64,000 nt of DNA from Armatimonadota bacterium. Its GTDB lineage: Bacteria > Armatimonadota > Fimbriimonadia > Fimbriimonadales > GBS-DC. The notes under the pieces are model-generated. The model was not told the DNA's origin, searched no databases, and was given only the letters and a program-made list of their open reading frames with translations. This document shows positions 9,819-19,934 of the stretch, piece after piece (positions within the stretch are counted from its first letter, which is position 1; each line of letters begins with the position of its first letter). The position numbers were made by a program, and so were the translations under genes. Location: contig JBBIJY010000005.1 of assembly GCA_037445735.1 (NCBI GenBank), positions 59,381 through 123,380 of the forward strand, in the 5' to 3' direction.

Positions 9819-10349
9819 ATGGCGTTCAATGTGAGGCGGTACCTGATTCGGGTGCGTGGCGGGCAGGCGTACCTGCCAGTTGCCGCGCGCGTCGCATGGT
9901 TCAGAGATGAGCATCCCGACTGGAGCATCGAGACCGAGCTGGTGGAGTTGAACCTTGAGCGGCAGATAGCGGTCTTTCGCGCAACAATCAAGGACAATAA
10001 CGGGCGCGTGATTGCGACCGCCACCCGCATGGAGACGGGCAACGACTTCGCCGACTTTCTGGAGAAGGCGGAGACGGGCGCGGTCGGGCGTGCGCTGGCG
10101 TTGTGCGGCTACGGCACACAGTTCGCGCCCGAGCTGAGCGAAGGTGAACTTGCCGAGGGACGGGTTGCCTACGCCGATTCGCCGCTGCCCGTGCGGGGCG
10201 AGCCAGCCCCACCTGCCGAAGAGCTGGTCTGCGCCGAGTGCGGGCGACCGCTGCGCCGCGCCCAGTATGACCTGAGCGTCACCAAGTTCGGGCGACCGCT
10301 GTGCCCCAGCTGCCAGCGACAGGCACAACCGCGCACCGCGCAAACCTGA
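9819..10349 (+). CDS. Rad52/Sak-like single-strand annealing protein with C-terminal Zn finger (putative)
   Basis: YLPVAARVAWFR, EKAETGAVGRALALCGYG and C-terminal CAECG...CPSCQ. Confidence 0.6.
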   Translation: MAFNVRRYLIRVRGGQAYLPVAARVAWFRDEHPDWSIETELVELNLERQIAVFRATIKDNNGRVIATATRMETGNDFADFLEKAETGAVGRALALCGYGTQFAPELSEGELAEGRVAYADSPLPVRGEPAPPAEELVCAECGRPLRRAQYDLSVTKFGRPLCPSCQRQAQPRTAQT

Positions 10350-11356
10350 TGGTAAAGCAGATCGCCACCGAAAGCGGCATCCGACTCGATAAGTGGCTGG
10401 CGGAGCAGGTGCCCGAAATCAGTCGTCAGCGGTGGCAGGAGTGGATTGAGGCGGGCGGCGTGCGGGTCAACGGTCAGCGCGTCAAGCCCGCCTACAAACT
10501 GCACGCGGGCGACCGAATCGAGTTCAGCCTGCCGCCCGACCGACCGCCCCCGATCGACCTTCGCCCGGAGCCGATCCCGATAGAGATTGTGTTCGAAGAC
10601 GAGCATCTGCTGGTGGTGAACAAGCCGCGCGGGCTGGCCGTCCATCCCGCGCCGGGTCATCCGCATGGCACGCTGGTGAACGCTTTGCTGGCGTACGCGC
10701 CGCGCCTCGCACACGGCAGCGCGCCCTTTCGCCCGGGCATCGTCCATCGGCTGGACAAAGACACCACCGGGCTGCTGATCGTCGCCCGTACGGATCGGGC
10801 GCATGCGCGGCTGACCGCCGACTTACAGCGTCGTGCGATTGAGCGTCGCTACCTCGCGCTGGTGTGGGGCGAGCCGAAAGCCGATCAGTTCACGGTGGAG
10901 ATGCCCATCGCGCGTCATCCTGTGCATCGCCAGCGGATGGCGGCGTTCTCGCCGGAGCGAGCGCCTGCGAACGCGCGTCCCGCCCGCACGCACTTTGGTG
11001 TGCGCCAGCGGTGGCGCGGCTTCGCCCTGCTGGAGGCGAAGCTGGACACGGGACGCACGCATCAGGTGCGCGTTCACGCCAGCGCCATCGGGCATCCCGT
11101 GGTGGGCGACCCGCTCTATGGCGGGCGGCGACGGCTGCCCGCCGGGCTGTATCCTCCTGACGCCAGCGCCCGCCTGCAAGCCGCGCTGGACGCCCTGCAG
11201 GGTCAGCTGCTTCACGCCCACGCGCTCGCCTTCACCCACCCCATCACCGCCGAGCCGATGCGCTTCACTGCACCCCTGCCCGACGATTTCCAGCAAGTTC
11301 TCCATCTGCTGAATAAGCAAGTTAAAGATAATACACCTCTATATCAACAACCGTGA
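10349..11356 (+). CDS. rluD: RluA/RluD-family pseudouridine synthase
   Basis: S4 domain RLDKWL, NKPRGLAVHP, HRLDKDTTGL and GRTHQVRVH; TGATG overlap with the upstream gene. Confidence 0.92.
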   Translation: MVKQIATESGIRLDKWLAEQVPEISRQRWQEWIEAGGVRVNGQRVKPAYKLHAGDRIEFSLPPDRPPPIDLRPEPIPIEIVFEDEHLLVVNKPRGLAVHPAPGHPHGTLVNALLAYAPRLAHGSAPFRPGIVHRLDKDTTGLLIVARTDRAHARLTADLQRRAIERRYLALVWGEPKADQFTVEMPIARHPVHRQRMAAFSPERAPANARPARTHFGVRQRWRGFALLEAKLDTGRTHQVRVHASAIGHPVVGDPLYGGRRRLPAGLYPPDASARLQAALDALQGQLLHAHALAFTHPITAEPMRFTAPLPDDFQQVLHLLNKQVKDNTPLYQQP

Positions 11357-11388
11357 GAGACGATGAGGTATGCCCCTTCAGGTACAAC

Positions 11389-13350
11389 ATGGAGCCGATG
11401 ACAGTGACGGAGTGGCTGGTATGCCGAGTGAAGCGAGCGATTCTGGACTGGTTTCGGTATCGCTGGTACGGAGCGCTGGAGGTTTATAGCCCGCTGGGTG
11501 AGTTGCGCTTGCCAATGACGGGCACGATTGCCCAGTGGTTTTCGAAGGATGAAACGGTGCTGGTGCAGCTAACGCCGCAGGCGAACCCGCAACAGTTAAG
11601 CTTTGACTCATATATGCTTCTGCGTCAGATTGGGGGCGAGAGGGTGCCTGTGTGGCCGCTGTTTCAGCAGTCCTACACTCTGGAGCGCACCTCGGCTTTG
11701 TCCACACAACCACTCTATCACTATAGAGTGCTGGCGCGTGAAGCGTGTCTGGAAAGCGATTTTGAAATGATTGTTGAGCTGGAACAGTATCACTATGCGT
11801 CCCCGCAGGAGTTATTGGCACGCTGGTGGTGTCCTGTAGATCGGGTGTGGCAGGGTGCGAATGTGCGTCCGCTGTGTCCACGCTGCGGTTCACCGATGCG
11901 GTTCGGCGATCTGACGGATGCCACGCGTGCTTCGCGCTTTTTAGTGCTGCAACTGCAGCATCGCCAGCCGTACGAGCCGACTTACATCGGCTATGTGCGT
12001 GTGGATCCGCCCATTCCGCTCATGCATCGGCTGTTGCCCGATGGTACAGTTCAGCCCCACATTCGGCAAGCCGTGTTTCCCGTCGACTGGTTCGAGCCAT
12101 CGTTTTCAGTGGAGCGCCTCTTGCAAATGGGTGCAGGCGCACGGGCGCGCTCCCGCTTTGAGCAGTGGTGGCAGGCACAGGAGCAGGCTTTAGCTCTCTG
12201 CAATACCCGGGTGGCGCGACTGGCACGGGTAGTGGTCCACCCTGATTATCGGGCTGATGGGCTGGGGCAGCTCGCACTACGAGCAATGACCGATTGGATT
12301 AGCGAGCGGCGCGTGCCCGAAATGCGGCGCTCCAAAGTGATGGTGGAGACCGTAGCTCAAATGACCCGGTATAACCCCTTTATGGAGCGAGCAGGCTTCC
12401 GCTATGCGTGGGAGACGGCATCCGGGCGCCCTGTGCTATTCCTGCCGCTCACGCCTGAAGCCAGAGAGTATCTGGAACGCTTTCTGACAACCGATGCTGT
12501 TGCTCGCGTGCATCAAGGTCGGCTCTACCAACCCCGCTTGAAGCCTGTCAAGCCACTGGAAGCTCCTATCCAGCTGGAACGACTCGAATATCGCTATGAG
12601 AACCGGATCACACTCAAGCGGCTGGCGCCGGCTGTGCTGGCATTGCTGGAGGCATTCAATCTCCAGAGGCGTTCCATTCAGAAGATAGTGCTGAGGAATC
12701 TCTCGCTCCTGATCGAGCCACGCCAGATTGTAGTCATCGTTGGCGCATCAGGTGTGGGCAAGACCACTCTGCTGCGTTTGATCTACGGTGCGGCAATGAG
12801 TCAACAAAAGCCGCTCCACCAGCTGCAGGCGGGCAGAATCGTGATGCCCGCCAATGTGCAGGTCGCTGCCTATTTGCCAGGCGAAGTGGAACCCCGGTTT
12901 GGACGGACAAATCTGCTTGAAGTGCTCTATCGCCTCACCAATGACGAGGTATTGGCAGTGGAGATTCTGAACACGACGGGTCTATCGGATGTCATGGTCT
13001 ATCGTGCCCGCTTTCAGGAGCTGTCCACCGGTCAGAAGGAGCGGGCGCGGCTGGCTTATTTACTGGCACAGCGCCCGAACTTACTGCTTATCGATGAGCT
13101 GGGTGCACATCTGGACCCCAGCATGGCAGCGCGCGTGGCTCGCAGGTTGGCGCGCGTGTGCCGGGAGTTAGGCATCACCCTGCTTACCACCACCCACCGC
13201 TCAGAGGTCGTGGATGCCCTTGAACCCGATCAGAAGATTATTCTGGGCTATGGGACCTGTCGGGTAGTGCCTCGTTCAGCCGAACCCACACAACCGACCC
13301 GGGTGGGCGCCTCAGCGGAATCGGCTCCTCAAACAGCTCGGGATCTGTAA
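11389..13350 (+). CDS. GNAT acetyltransferase fused to an ABC-type ATPase, with Zn-ribbon-like insert (COG2401-like)
   Basis: ELEQYHYAS; CPVD...CPRCG; GNAT motif A RVVVHPDYRADGLG; Walker A GASGVGKTT; signature LSTGQKER; Walker B LLLIDE; no TM segments. Confidence 0.85.
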   Translation: MEPMTVTEWLVCRVKRAILDWFRYRWYGALEVYSPLGELRLPMTGTIAQWFSKDETVLVQLTPQANPQQLSFDSYMLLRQIGGERVPVWPLFQQSYTLERTSALSTQPLYHYRVLAREACLESDFEMIVELEQYHYASPQELLARWWCPVDRVWQGANVRPLCPRCGSPMRFGDLTDATRASRFLVLQLQHRQPYEPTYIGYVRVDPPIPLMHRLLPDGTVQPHIRQAVFPVDWFEPSFSVERLLQMGAGARARSRFEQWWQAQEQALALCNTRVARLARVVVHPDYRADGLGQLALRAMTDWISERRVPEMRRSKVMVETVAQMTRYNPFMERAGFRYAWETASGRPVLFLPLTPEAREYLERFLTTDAVARVHQGRLYQPRLKPVKPLEAPIQLERLEYRYENRITLKRLAPAVLALLEAFNLQRRSIQKIVLRNLSLLIEPRQIVVIVGASGVGKTTLLRLIYGAAMSQQKPLHQLQAGRIVMPANVQVAAYLPGEVEPRFGRTNLLEVLYRLTNDEVLAVEILNTTGLSDVMVYRARFQELSTGQKERARLAYLLAQRPNLLLIDELGAHLDPSMAARVARRLARVCRELGITLLTTTHRSEVVDALEPDQKIILGYGTCRVVPRSAEPTQPTRVGASAESAPQTARDL

Positions 13351-13645
13351 ACACCCACACATAAAGCGGTCTACCCTGCGCATAGGCTTCCAGAAAGCGC
13401 GGGTCAGCTTGATGCAAAGCCTGAGCCGCGGGCTGCATCAATTCTGCCAGGGTCAGCGGTCCCAGTACCTTTTCAAGCGTCGCCGAGCCAATCCAGCCAC
13501 GATGACTAACTATTCCGACGCGCCCACGCACACGCGTGGGGTATCGCCGCAGCTCCCAGCTTTTGCGCCCCGACGCCAGATAGGTGGCATACGGTTCGCG
13601 CACGATCAACCCGTGCTTCGGCAGCAGGAGAACCCGGTCGCTCAT
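13238..13645 (-). CDS. ASCH-domain protein
   Basis: GLIVREPYATYLASGRKSWELR (GxKxxExR) and YVWVF...PGSVVWV; TATGAT -10 box 7 nt before the ATG. It is the C-terminal part of listed ORF 13238..14734. Confidence 0.85.
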   Translation of the reverse strand: MSDRVLLLPKHGLIVREPYATYLASGRKSWELRRYPTRVRGRVGIVSHRGWIGSATLEKVLGPLTLAELMQPAAQALHQADPRFLEAYAQGRPLYVWVFTDPELFEEPIPLRRPPGSVVWVRLNEALPDRSHSPE

Positions 13646-13690
13646 CCTTCCAATCATACCCGCTCTCAAACCGGCATAACGGGTAGACTC

Positions 13691-14701
13691 ATGATGGCGA
13701 TGCAGAGCGAGCTGTACGACATCACCTTCATCGGTGGGGGACCTGTCGGGCTGTTCGGCGCGTTCTATGCGGGACTGCGGGGCATGCGCACCAAAATCAT
13801 CGACAGCCTGCCCCAGCTGGGGGGTCAACTGGTCGCGCTCTACCCCGAAAAGTATATCTACGACATGCCCGGCTTCCCCGAAGTGCTGGCGAAGGACCTG
13901 GCGGAGCAGCTGATTCGGCAGGCGATGCGCTTCCAGCCGACGGTGTGCCTGGAGGAGCGCGCCGAAACGCTGATTCGCGAGGGCGATTACTGGGTCATTC
14001 TCACCAGCAAGGGCGTTCGGCACGCGACGCGCACGGTGGTCATCTGCGCGGGCGCGGGCGCGTTTACACCGCGCCGCCTGAACGCCGAGGGCATCGCCGA
14101 GTTCGAAGGACGGGGCGTCTACTACGGCGTGCGCGAGAAGGCGCTCTTCGCCGATAAACGCCTGCTGATTGTCGGCGGGGGCGACTCCGCTGTCGACTGG
14201 GCGCTCAACCTCTACCCGATTGCCCGCGAAACGACGCTCATCCATCGCCGCCACGAGTTCCGTGCGCACGAGCAGAGCGTGCGCCTGCTGCGCCAATCGC
14301 CCGTGCGCGTCCTCACACCCTACGAACTGCGCCGCGTCAAAGGCGACGGCAGCGTGCAGTCCGCCGTCATCTTCCATAATCAAACGCACACCGAGCTGGA
14401 GCTGCCCGTCGACGCCGTGATTCTCAATCTCGGCTTCGTCGCCAGCCTCGGTCCCATCAAGCAGTGGGGGCTGGAACTCGAAGGCAACGCCATCAAGGTC
14501 GACCGCTTCATGCAGACGAACCTGCCCGGCGTGTATGCTGCAGGCGACGGCTGCACCTACGAGGGCAAGCTCAAACTGCTGGCGACGGGCGTCGGCGAGG
14601 TCTGCATCGCTGTCAACCACGCCAAGCATCGGCTCGACCCCAGCGCGAAGATGTTCCCCGGACACAGCAGCGATATGACGCTCCCACCGCTCACAGGCTG
14701 A
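13691..14701 (+). CDS. Ferredoxin-NADP+ reductase (TrxB/YumC type)
   Basis: IGGGPVGLFGAFYAG, LYPEKYIYDMPGFP, GGGDSAVDWAL and C-terminal PGHSS; no CxxC. Start could be 13691, 13694 or 13700. Confidence 0.9.
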   Translation: MMAMQSELYDITFIGGGPVGLFGAFYAGLRGMRTKIIDSLPQLGGQLVALYPEKYIYDMPGFPEVLAKDLAEQLIRQAMRFQPTVCLEERAETLIREGDYWVILTSKGVRHATRTVVICAGAGAFTPRRLNAEGIAEFEGRGVYYGVREKALFADKRLLIVGGGDSAVDWALNLYPIARETTLIHRRHEFRAHEQSVRLLRQSPVRVLTPYELRRVKGDGSVQSAVIFHNQTHTELELPVDAVILNLGFVASLGPIKQWGLELEGNAIKVDRFMQTNLPGVYAAGDGCTYEGKLKLLATGVGEVCIAVNHAKHRLDPSAKMFPGHSSDMTLPPLTG

Positions 14702-14732
14702 TAACACTGCTTCAGGTATACTGCTATTGACC

Positions 14733-16826
14733 ATGAGTGTGGCGACCCGCTATACGCTGGAGACCGAGGTCAAGTATGTGAAAGGTGTGGGCGAGAAAAT
14801 CGCGCAACTGCTGGCGAAGCTCAACATCCACACGCTGAACGACCTGCTCTATCACCTGCCGCGCCGCTATGAAGACCGCACCCAGTTCCGCAAAATCCGC
14901 CACGCGCGCCCCGGCGAAGCCGCCACCTTCGCTGGCAAGCTCATCACCGTCGACAACATCAAGGTGCGCAACAACATGACCCTCACCAAAGCCTTCATCG
15001 ACGACGGCACAGGCGCCATCGAACTGGTCTGGTACAACCAGCCCTACATGAAGGACACCCTGCTGCGCGTGCGCGACCGCCGTCTCGTGGTCTACGGCGT
15101 GGTCAAGGAGAGCGGCTGGGGACTGCAAATCGAAACGCCCGAATGGGAAGATATCGGCGACGACACCGACATGAGCGAGCTGCTGCACGCAAATCGCGTG
15201 GTGCCCATCTACCCGCTGACGGAGGGGCTGGGACAGAAACGGATGCGCCAGATTCTCTATAACGCGCTCCAGCATGCGCACCTTGTGCCCGAACTGCTGC
15301 CCGCCGACCTGCGCACGCGCCTGCAGCTGATGCCCGTTCAGGAAGCCATTCAACAGGTTCACTTCCCCGACAGCATGGAGCGTATCGAACCCGCGCGGCA
15401 ACGGCTGGTGTTCGAAGAGTTCTTTTTATTGCAGTTAGGCATCGGGCTTCAGCGTCAGCAGCTGATGCAGGAGCGCGGGATTGCGATGCGCATCGACGCC
15501 GAACGGCTGATGGCGCGGTTGCATCAGCTGGCGCCGTTCGAACTCACGAACGCGCAGGTGCGCGTGATTCGCGAAATCTGGGACGATATGGCGCGTCCGC
15601 ACCCGATGAACCGCCTCCTGCAGGGCGATGTGGGGTCGGGCAAGACGATAGTCGCCGCCGCCGCGATTATGGCAGCGGTGGACAATCAGTATCAGGCGGC
15701 GATTATGGCGCCCACCGAGATACTGGCGGAACAGCATTATATTGTGTTGCATCGGCTGTTCCAGCCGCTGGGCATCACGGTGGAGCTGCTGGTGGGTCGG
15801 CTGACCCCGCGCCAGCGGGCGCAGGCGCGCGAGCGCATCGCCACCGGGCGCGGCATGGTCGCCGTCGGCACCCACGCACTCATTCAGGAAGGGGTTGAGT
15901 TCGCCCGACTGGGGCTGGCAATCATCGACGAACAGCACCGTTTCGGCGTGCTGCAGCGAGCCGCCCTGCGCGATAAGGGTGTCATGCCCCATGTGCTGGT
16001 GATGACCGCCACACCCATCCCCCGCACGCTCACGCTCACCCTCTACGGCGAACTCGATGTGTCCATCCTGGATGAGATGCCACCCGGACGCAAGCCCGTC
16101 AAAACGCACTGGAAACTGCCCGAAGAGCGATTGAAGGTGTACGCAGGCGTACGCCAGCTGGTGGAGCAGGGGCGCCAGGCGTATGTCATCTGCCCGCTGA
16201 TCGACGAATCGGACAAGCTGCAGGTGCGCGCCGCCGAAGAGATGGCGGAACATCTGCGCAAGGATGTGTTTCCCGACCTGCGCGTGGGACTTCTGCACGG
16301 GCGCATGCGCCCCGCCGAAAAGGAGGAAGTCATGGAAGCCTTCCGCGCGGGCGAGCTGGATATTCTGGTCTCCACCACCGTGATTGAAGTGGGCGTCGAT
16401 GTGCCGAACGCTGCCGTGATTGTGATTGAGGACGCCGACCGATTCGGGCTGGCGCAGCTGCACCAGTTGCGCGGGCGCGTCGGGCGCAGCATCCATCAAT
16501 CCTACTGCGTGCTGATTGGCAACCCGAAAGGCGAGGAGGGGCGACGCCGACTGGAGATTCTGACCCGCACCAATAACGGTTTCATCATTGCGGAGGAGGA
16601 TTTGCGCCTGCGCGGTCCGGGCGAGATTTACGGCACGCGCCAGAGCGGAATGCCCTCGTTCCGTGTGGCGGATCTGGTCAAGGATATGCGGCTGCTGGAA
16701 GTGGCGCGTCAGGAGGCGTTCCGTCTGCTGGAGCGCGACCCCGACCTCAGCCGCCCGGAGCATCAGCCCCTTCGCGAAGCCGTCGAACGCTCTCGCCACC
16801 GCTTCGCGATAGCAACGGTGAGTTAG
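14733..16826 (+). CDS. recG: ATP-dependent DNA helicase RecG
   Basis: LLQGDVGSGKT, DEQHRFGV, MTATPIPRTL and QLHQLRGRVGR. Confidence 0.97.
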   Translation: MSVATRYTLETEVKYVKGVGEKIAQLLAKLNIHTLNDLLYHLPRRYEDRTQFRKIRHARPGEAATFAGKLITVDNIKVRNNMTLTKAFIDDGTGAIELVWYNQPYMKDTLLRVRDRRLVVYGVVKESGWGLQIETPEWEDIGDDTDMSELLHANRVVPIYPLTEGLGQKRMRQILYNALQHAHLVPELLPADLRTRLQLMPVQEAIQQVHFPDSMERIEPARQRLVFEEFFLLQLGIGLQRQQLMQERGIAMRIDAERLMARLHQLAPFELTNAQVRVIREIWDDMARPHPMNRLLQGDVGSGKTIVAAAAIMAAVDNQYQAAIMAPTEILAEQHYIVLHRLFQPLGITVELLVGRLTPRQRAQARERIATGRGMVAVGTHALIQEGVEFARLGLAIIDEQHRFGVLQRAALRDKGVMPHVLVMTATPIPRTLTLTLYGELDVSILDEMPPGRKPVKTHWKLPEERLKVYAGVRQLVEQGRQAYVICPLIDESDKLQVRAAEEMAEHLRKDVFPDLRVGLLHGRMRPAEKEEVMEAFRAGELDILVSTTVIEVGVDVPNAAVIVIEDADRFGLAQLHQLRGRVGRSIHQSYCVLIGNPKGEEGRRRLEILTRTNNGFIIAEEDLRLRGPGEIYGTRQSGMPSFRVADLVKDMRLLEVARQEAFRLLERDPDLSRPEHQPLREAVERSRHRFAIATVS

Positions 16827-16843
16827 AGATCCCGCTCCCAACT

Positions 16844-16923
16844 CCCTCCCACGCTGCGGGAGCGAGTACGGGTGAGGGGCTGCCACAGGCGGACGCTATG
16901 CCCTGAATTTTCGAACACCGTCA
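16844..16923 (-). repeat. Second copy of the head plus BoxC-like dispersed repeat
   Basis: Minus strand tgacggtgttcgaaaattcagggcatagcgtccgcctgtggcagcccctcacccgtactcgctccc aligns by eye with 9604-9673. Confidence 0.7.
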
Positions 16924-16969
16924 GGGATCGGCTTTTAAAGGGCGGCACGCAGGGTATAATTAAGGCGGT

Positions 16970-17046
16970 CGGGGCGTAGCTCAGCATGGTAGAGCGCTCC
17001 TTTCGGGTGGGAGAGGTCGGCAGTTCGAATCTGCCCGCCCCGACCA
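16970..17046 (+). tRNA. tRNA-Pro(CGG)
   Basis: Acceptor stem CGGGGCG/CGCCCCG plus ACCA; anticodon arm CTCCT-TT CGG GT-GGGAG; T-loop TTCGAAT; TATAAT at 16955-16960. Confidence 0.97.
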
Positions 17047-17050
17047 TGCC

Positions 17051-18061
17051 TCAGGGCACAATCGCCACCTTCAGCCCGATGCCCCGATCCAGCGCTTCAA
17101 ACACCTGCGGCAGCTCCTTTAGCGGGCGCGTGTCGGTGATCAGCCGTTCGACGGGCAGCGACGGGTCATGGAGTATCTGGAGCGCGTCCTGCGCGTCCTG
17201 CGTGGTGTAGTGGAAACTGCCCAAGAGAGCGATTTCGTCGTAGTGCAGGCGTTCGGCGTCGAAGCAGACCGGCTCGCCCTTCGCCAGCCCGCTGTAGAGC
17301 AGCACCTTGCCCCCAGGCGCACAGAGCTGGGGCGCCAGCTCCCAGATGGCGCGGGCGCCCGTGGCTTCGATCACCACATCCGCGCCGCCGTCGGTCGCTG
17401 CCTGCACGCGCACGGGCAGTTCCGCAGGGTCCGCCACCAGCGTTTCCGCGCCCAGCTCCTGTGCCAGCTGCAGGCGTTCAGCGCGCCTGCCAATCATCAG
17501 CGCCTCGCAGCCGCGTGCGCGGGCAACCATCAGGTGCAGGTAGCCCATCGCGCCCGTGCCGAGAATGCACACGCGCCTGCCCGGCAACGGCTCCAGCACG
17601 CGCCATGCGTGCAGCACGCACGCCAGCGGCTCGGTGAACGCCCCACGCCGATAGTCCAGCCCCTCGAGCGGAAACAGATGCACCTGTGCCACCCGCGCGT
17701 TAATCAGCAGATACTCCGCATAGGTTCCCAGCACCACTGCGTCGAACAGCTGTCGGCACAGGTTGGGTCGCCCACGCTGGCAGGGGGAACACTCGCCGCA
17801 TGGCGCCGTGGGCAGCCAGGTGACGGGCTGACCCACGCTCAGGTGCGACACGCCCGCGCCGAGCGCCGCCACATCGCCCGCGCCCTCGTGCCCGAACGCG
17901 CCAAACGGCAATCGCGCGTGCCCGCGCCGATAGGTCTTCAAATCGGTGCCGCAGGTGAGCGCGACGCGCACTCTGACCAGCACCTCGCCTTCACGCGGCT
18001 GCGGAATCGGCACCTCGCGCAGCACCAGCTCGCGGGGGGCAAGCAGTTGCGCCTGCAGCAT
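17051..18061 (-). CDS. Zinc-dependent alcohol/polyol dehydrogenase
   Basis: [27 protein letters not shown] and GTGAMG. Confidence 0.9.
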   Translation of the reverse strand: MLQAQLLAPRELVLREVPIPQPREGEVLVRVRVALTCGTDLKTYRRGHARLPFGAFGHEGAGDVAALGAGVSHLSVGQPVTWLPTAPCGECSPCQRGRPNLCRQLFDAVVLGTYAEYLLINARVAQVHLFPLEGLDYRRGAFTEPLACVLHAWRVLEPLPGRRVCILGTGAMGYLHLMVARARGCEALMIGRRAERLQLAQELGAETLVADPAELPVRVQAATDGGADVVIEATGARAIWELAPQLCAPGGKVLLYSGLAKGEPVCFDAERLHYDEIALLGSFHYTTQDAQDALQILHDPSLPVERLITDTRPLKELPQVFEALDRGIGLKVAIVP

Positions 18062-18115
18062 GGCATGGAGTGTACCCGCTTGTGAAATCGGGTACAATCG
18101 ATATGGTGGTGAACC

Positions 18116-18727
18116 GTGAGCAAGCGTATTGAAGAGGTGGCACTGCACGATTCGGCGACGCCGAGCCTGCCGGGGCTGGCGATGGGGGGCGGCGTGCTGC
18201 TGGCACGGCTGGACGATCTGGTCAACTGGGCGCGGCGCAACAGCCTCTTCCCGCTCACCTTCGGGCTGGCGTGCTGCGCGATCGAGATGATGTCCGCTGC
18301 CGCCTCGCGCTTCGATATCGCCCGCTTCGGCTCGGAAGTGTTCCGCGCCTCGCCGCGCCAGGCGGATGTGATGATTGTGGCGGGGCGCGTCAGCAAGAAG
18401 ATGGCGCCCGTGCTGCGCCAGATCTATGACCAGATGCCCGCACCCAAATGGGTCATCTCGATGGGCGCATGCGCCTCCTGCGGCGGCATCTTCAACAACT
18501 ACGCGATTGTGCAGGGCGTGGACCAGATTGTGCCTGTGGATGTGTATGTGCCCGGTTGCCCGCCCTCGCCCGACGCCCTGCTCTACGCCCTCATCAAACT
18601 CCAGCAGAAGATTCGGGCGCAACGGCTGGGCATGCTGCTCGAACTCAAACCGAAGGAGCAACCTGCCATTACCGCAGGCGACCACACGCGGGCTTTGGGG
18701 CCCGCATCCAGTAATGAGACGCAGTGA
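18116..18727 (+). CDS. nuoB: NADH-quinone oxidoreductase subunit B
   Basis: [28 protein letters not shown] and VPGCPP. Confidence 0.96.
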   Translation: MSKRIEEVALHDSATPSLPGLAMGGGVLLARLDDLVNWARRNSLFPLTFGLACCAIEMMSAAASRFDIARFGSEVFRASPRQADVMIVAGRVSKKMAPVLRQIYDQMPAPKWVISMGACASCGGIFNNYAIVQGVDQIVPVDVYVPGCPPSPDALLYALIKLQQKIRAQRLGMLLELKPKEQPAITAGDHTRALGPASSNETQ

Positions 18728-19112
18728 GGATTGGCTCGAACAGGCACAACGCGACCTGCAGGGCGCGGAATGGGCAAAGCAGGGCGCCTTCTATGAATGG
18801 GCATGCTTTATGTGTCAGCAGGCTGCCGAGAAGGCGCTGAAAGCTGTGCTGGAGTCGATGGGTGCGGAAGCTTGGGGTCATTCAGTGGAAGCGTTGCTCA
18901 AGCCACTGGCGACGAACCTGCCAGTGAGTGAATATCGCGCCCTGCGCCGCTGTGCGCGACGACTGGATCAGTTTTATGTGCCAGCCCGTTATCCGAACGG
19001 CTGGCAGGAGGGCAGTCCCTATGAACACTACACTCAGGAAGACGCTGAAGAAGCGCTCGATTGTGCGCGAAGAATCGTACGGCTCTGTGAGAATCTTCTG
19101 GCTGAACCGTGA
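18714..19112 (+). CDS. HEPN-domain protein (toxin of a HEPN/MNT pair)
   Basis: [29 protein letters not shown] and YVPARYP. Confidence 0.9.
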   Translation: MRRSEDWLEQAQRDLQGAEWAKQGAFYEWACFMCQQAAEKALKAVLESMGAEAWGHSVEALLKPLATNLPVSEYRALRRCARRLDQFYVPARYPNGWQEGSPYEHYTQEDAEEALDCARRIVRLCENLLAEP

Positions 19113-19443
19113 AGCCGCTTTACAGCAGGTTCGCGAGGCGGCGGCGCGGCTGGTGCAGACGCGCCCCGAAGTGGTGGCGGTCTACCTGTTCGGCTCGCTG
19201 GCGCGGAATCAGGCGACTCCGCGTAGCGACGCCGACTTACTGATTGTATTACGCCTTAGCTCTCACCCACGCTGGTTTGACAGGGCGATGGAGTACGCCG
19301 ATTACTTTGAAGAAGTGGAGCTGCCCTGCGAGCTGTTCTGCTACACGCTGGATGAACTGCCCAGGGTCCCCCTGGCGCGTCACGCCCTGCGTGAGGCGAT
19401 TCTCATGGCAGGCACGCCCATAGCAGTGGAGGTGTCCCGATGA
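19063..19443 (+). CDS. Minimal nucleotidyltransferase (MNT antitoxin)
   Basis: VYLFGSLARNQATPRSDADLLIV; GTG start at 19063 inferred. Confidence 0.88.
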   Translation: MREESYGSVRIFWLNREAALQQVREAAARLVQTRPEVVAVYLFGSLARNQATPRSDADLLIVLRLSSHPRWFDRAMEYADYFEEVELPCELFCYTLDELPRVPLARHALREAILMAGTPIAVEVSR

Positions 19444-19910
19444 TAGGCGAAGTGGTTCGCGATGTGCTCAAGCCCATCGGCAAAGGGCTGAAAATCACCC
19501 TGCGCCACTTTCTCGGTCCGAAGCAGACGGTGTTCTATCCCGAAGAGCGCAAGGAGCAGTTCCGTCGCACGCGCTGGCGCCATGTGCTGCTGCGCTACGA
19601 GAACGGGCTGGAACGGTGCATCGGCTGCTCGCTGTGCGCAGGTGCGTGCCCCGTGCGCTGTATCTATGTGGAAGCCGCCGAGAACACCGACGAGGAACGC
19701 TATTCGCCTGGCGAACGCTACGCCAAACGCTATGAGATCAACCTCCTGCGCTGTATCTACTGCGGCTACTGCCAGGAGGCGTGCCCCACGGGCGCGATTG
19801 TGCTGCGCGAAGATTACGAGCTGGCAGACTACACGCGCGAGTCGTTCATCGCGACCAAAGAGATGCTGCTCGAACCCATGCCTGTCCGTGACCCCGTGCG
19901 CTCGCCTTAG
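19440..19910 (+). CDS. nuoI: NADH-quinone oxidoreductase subunit I
   Basis: CIGCSLCAGACP, YSPGERYA and CIYCGYCQEACP. Confidence 0.96.
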   Translation: MIGEVVRDVLKPIGKGLKITLRHFLGPKQTVFYPEERKEQFRRTRWRHVLLRYENGLERCIGCSLCAGACPVRCIYVEAAENTDEERYSPGERYAKRYEINLLRCIYCGYCQEACPTGAIVLREDYELADYTRESFIATKEMLLEPMPVRDPVRSP

Positions 19911-19934
19911 GATATACTCGGGGTGGCAAGAGTC

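Noticed and set aside
13409-14734. N-terminal extensions of the FNR ORF (from 13409) and of the 498-aa minus ORF
   Set aside because: Each extension is the antisense shadow of the other gene; the real genes are ASCH (13645 minus) and FNR (about 13691 plus).
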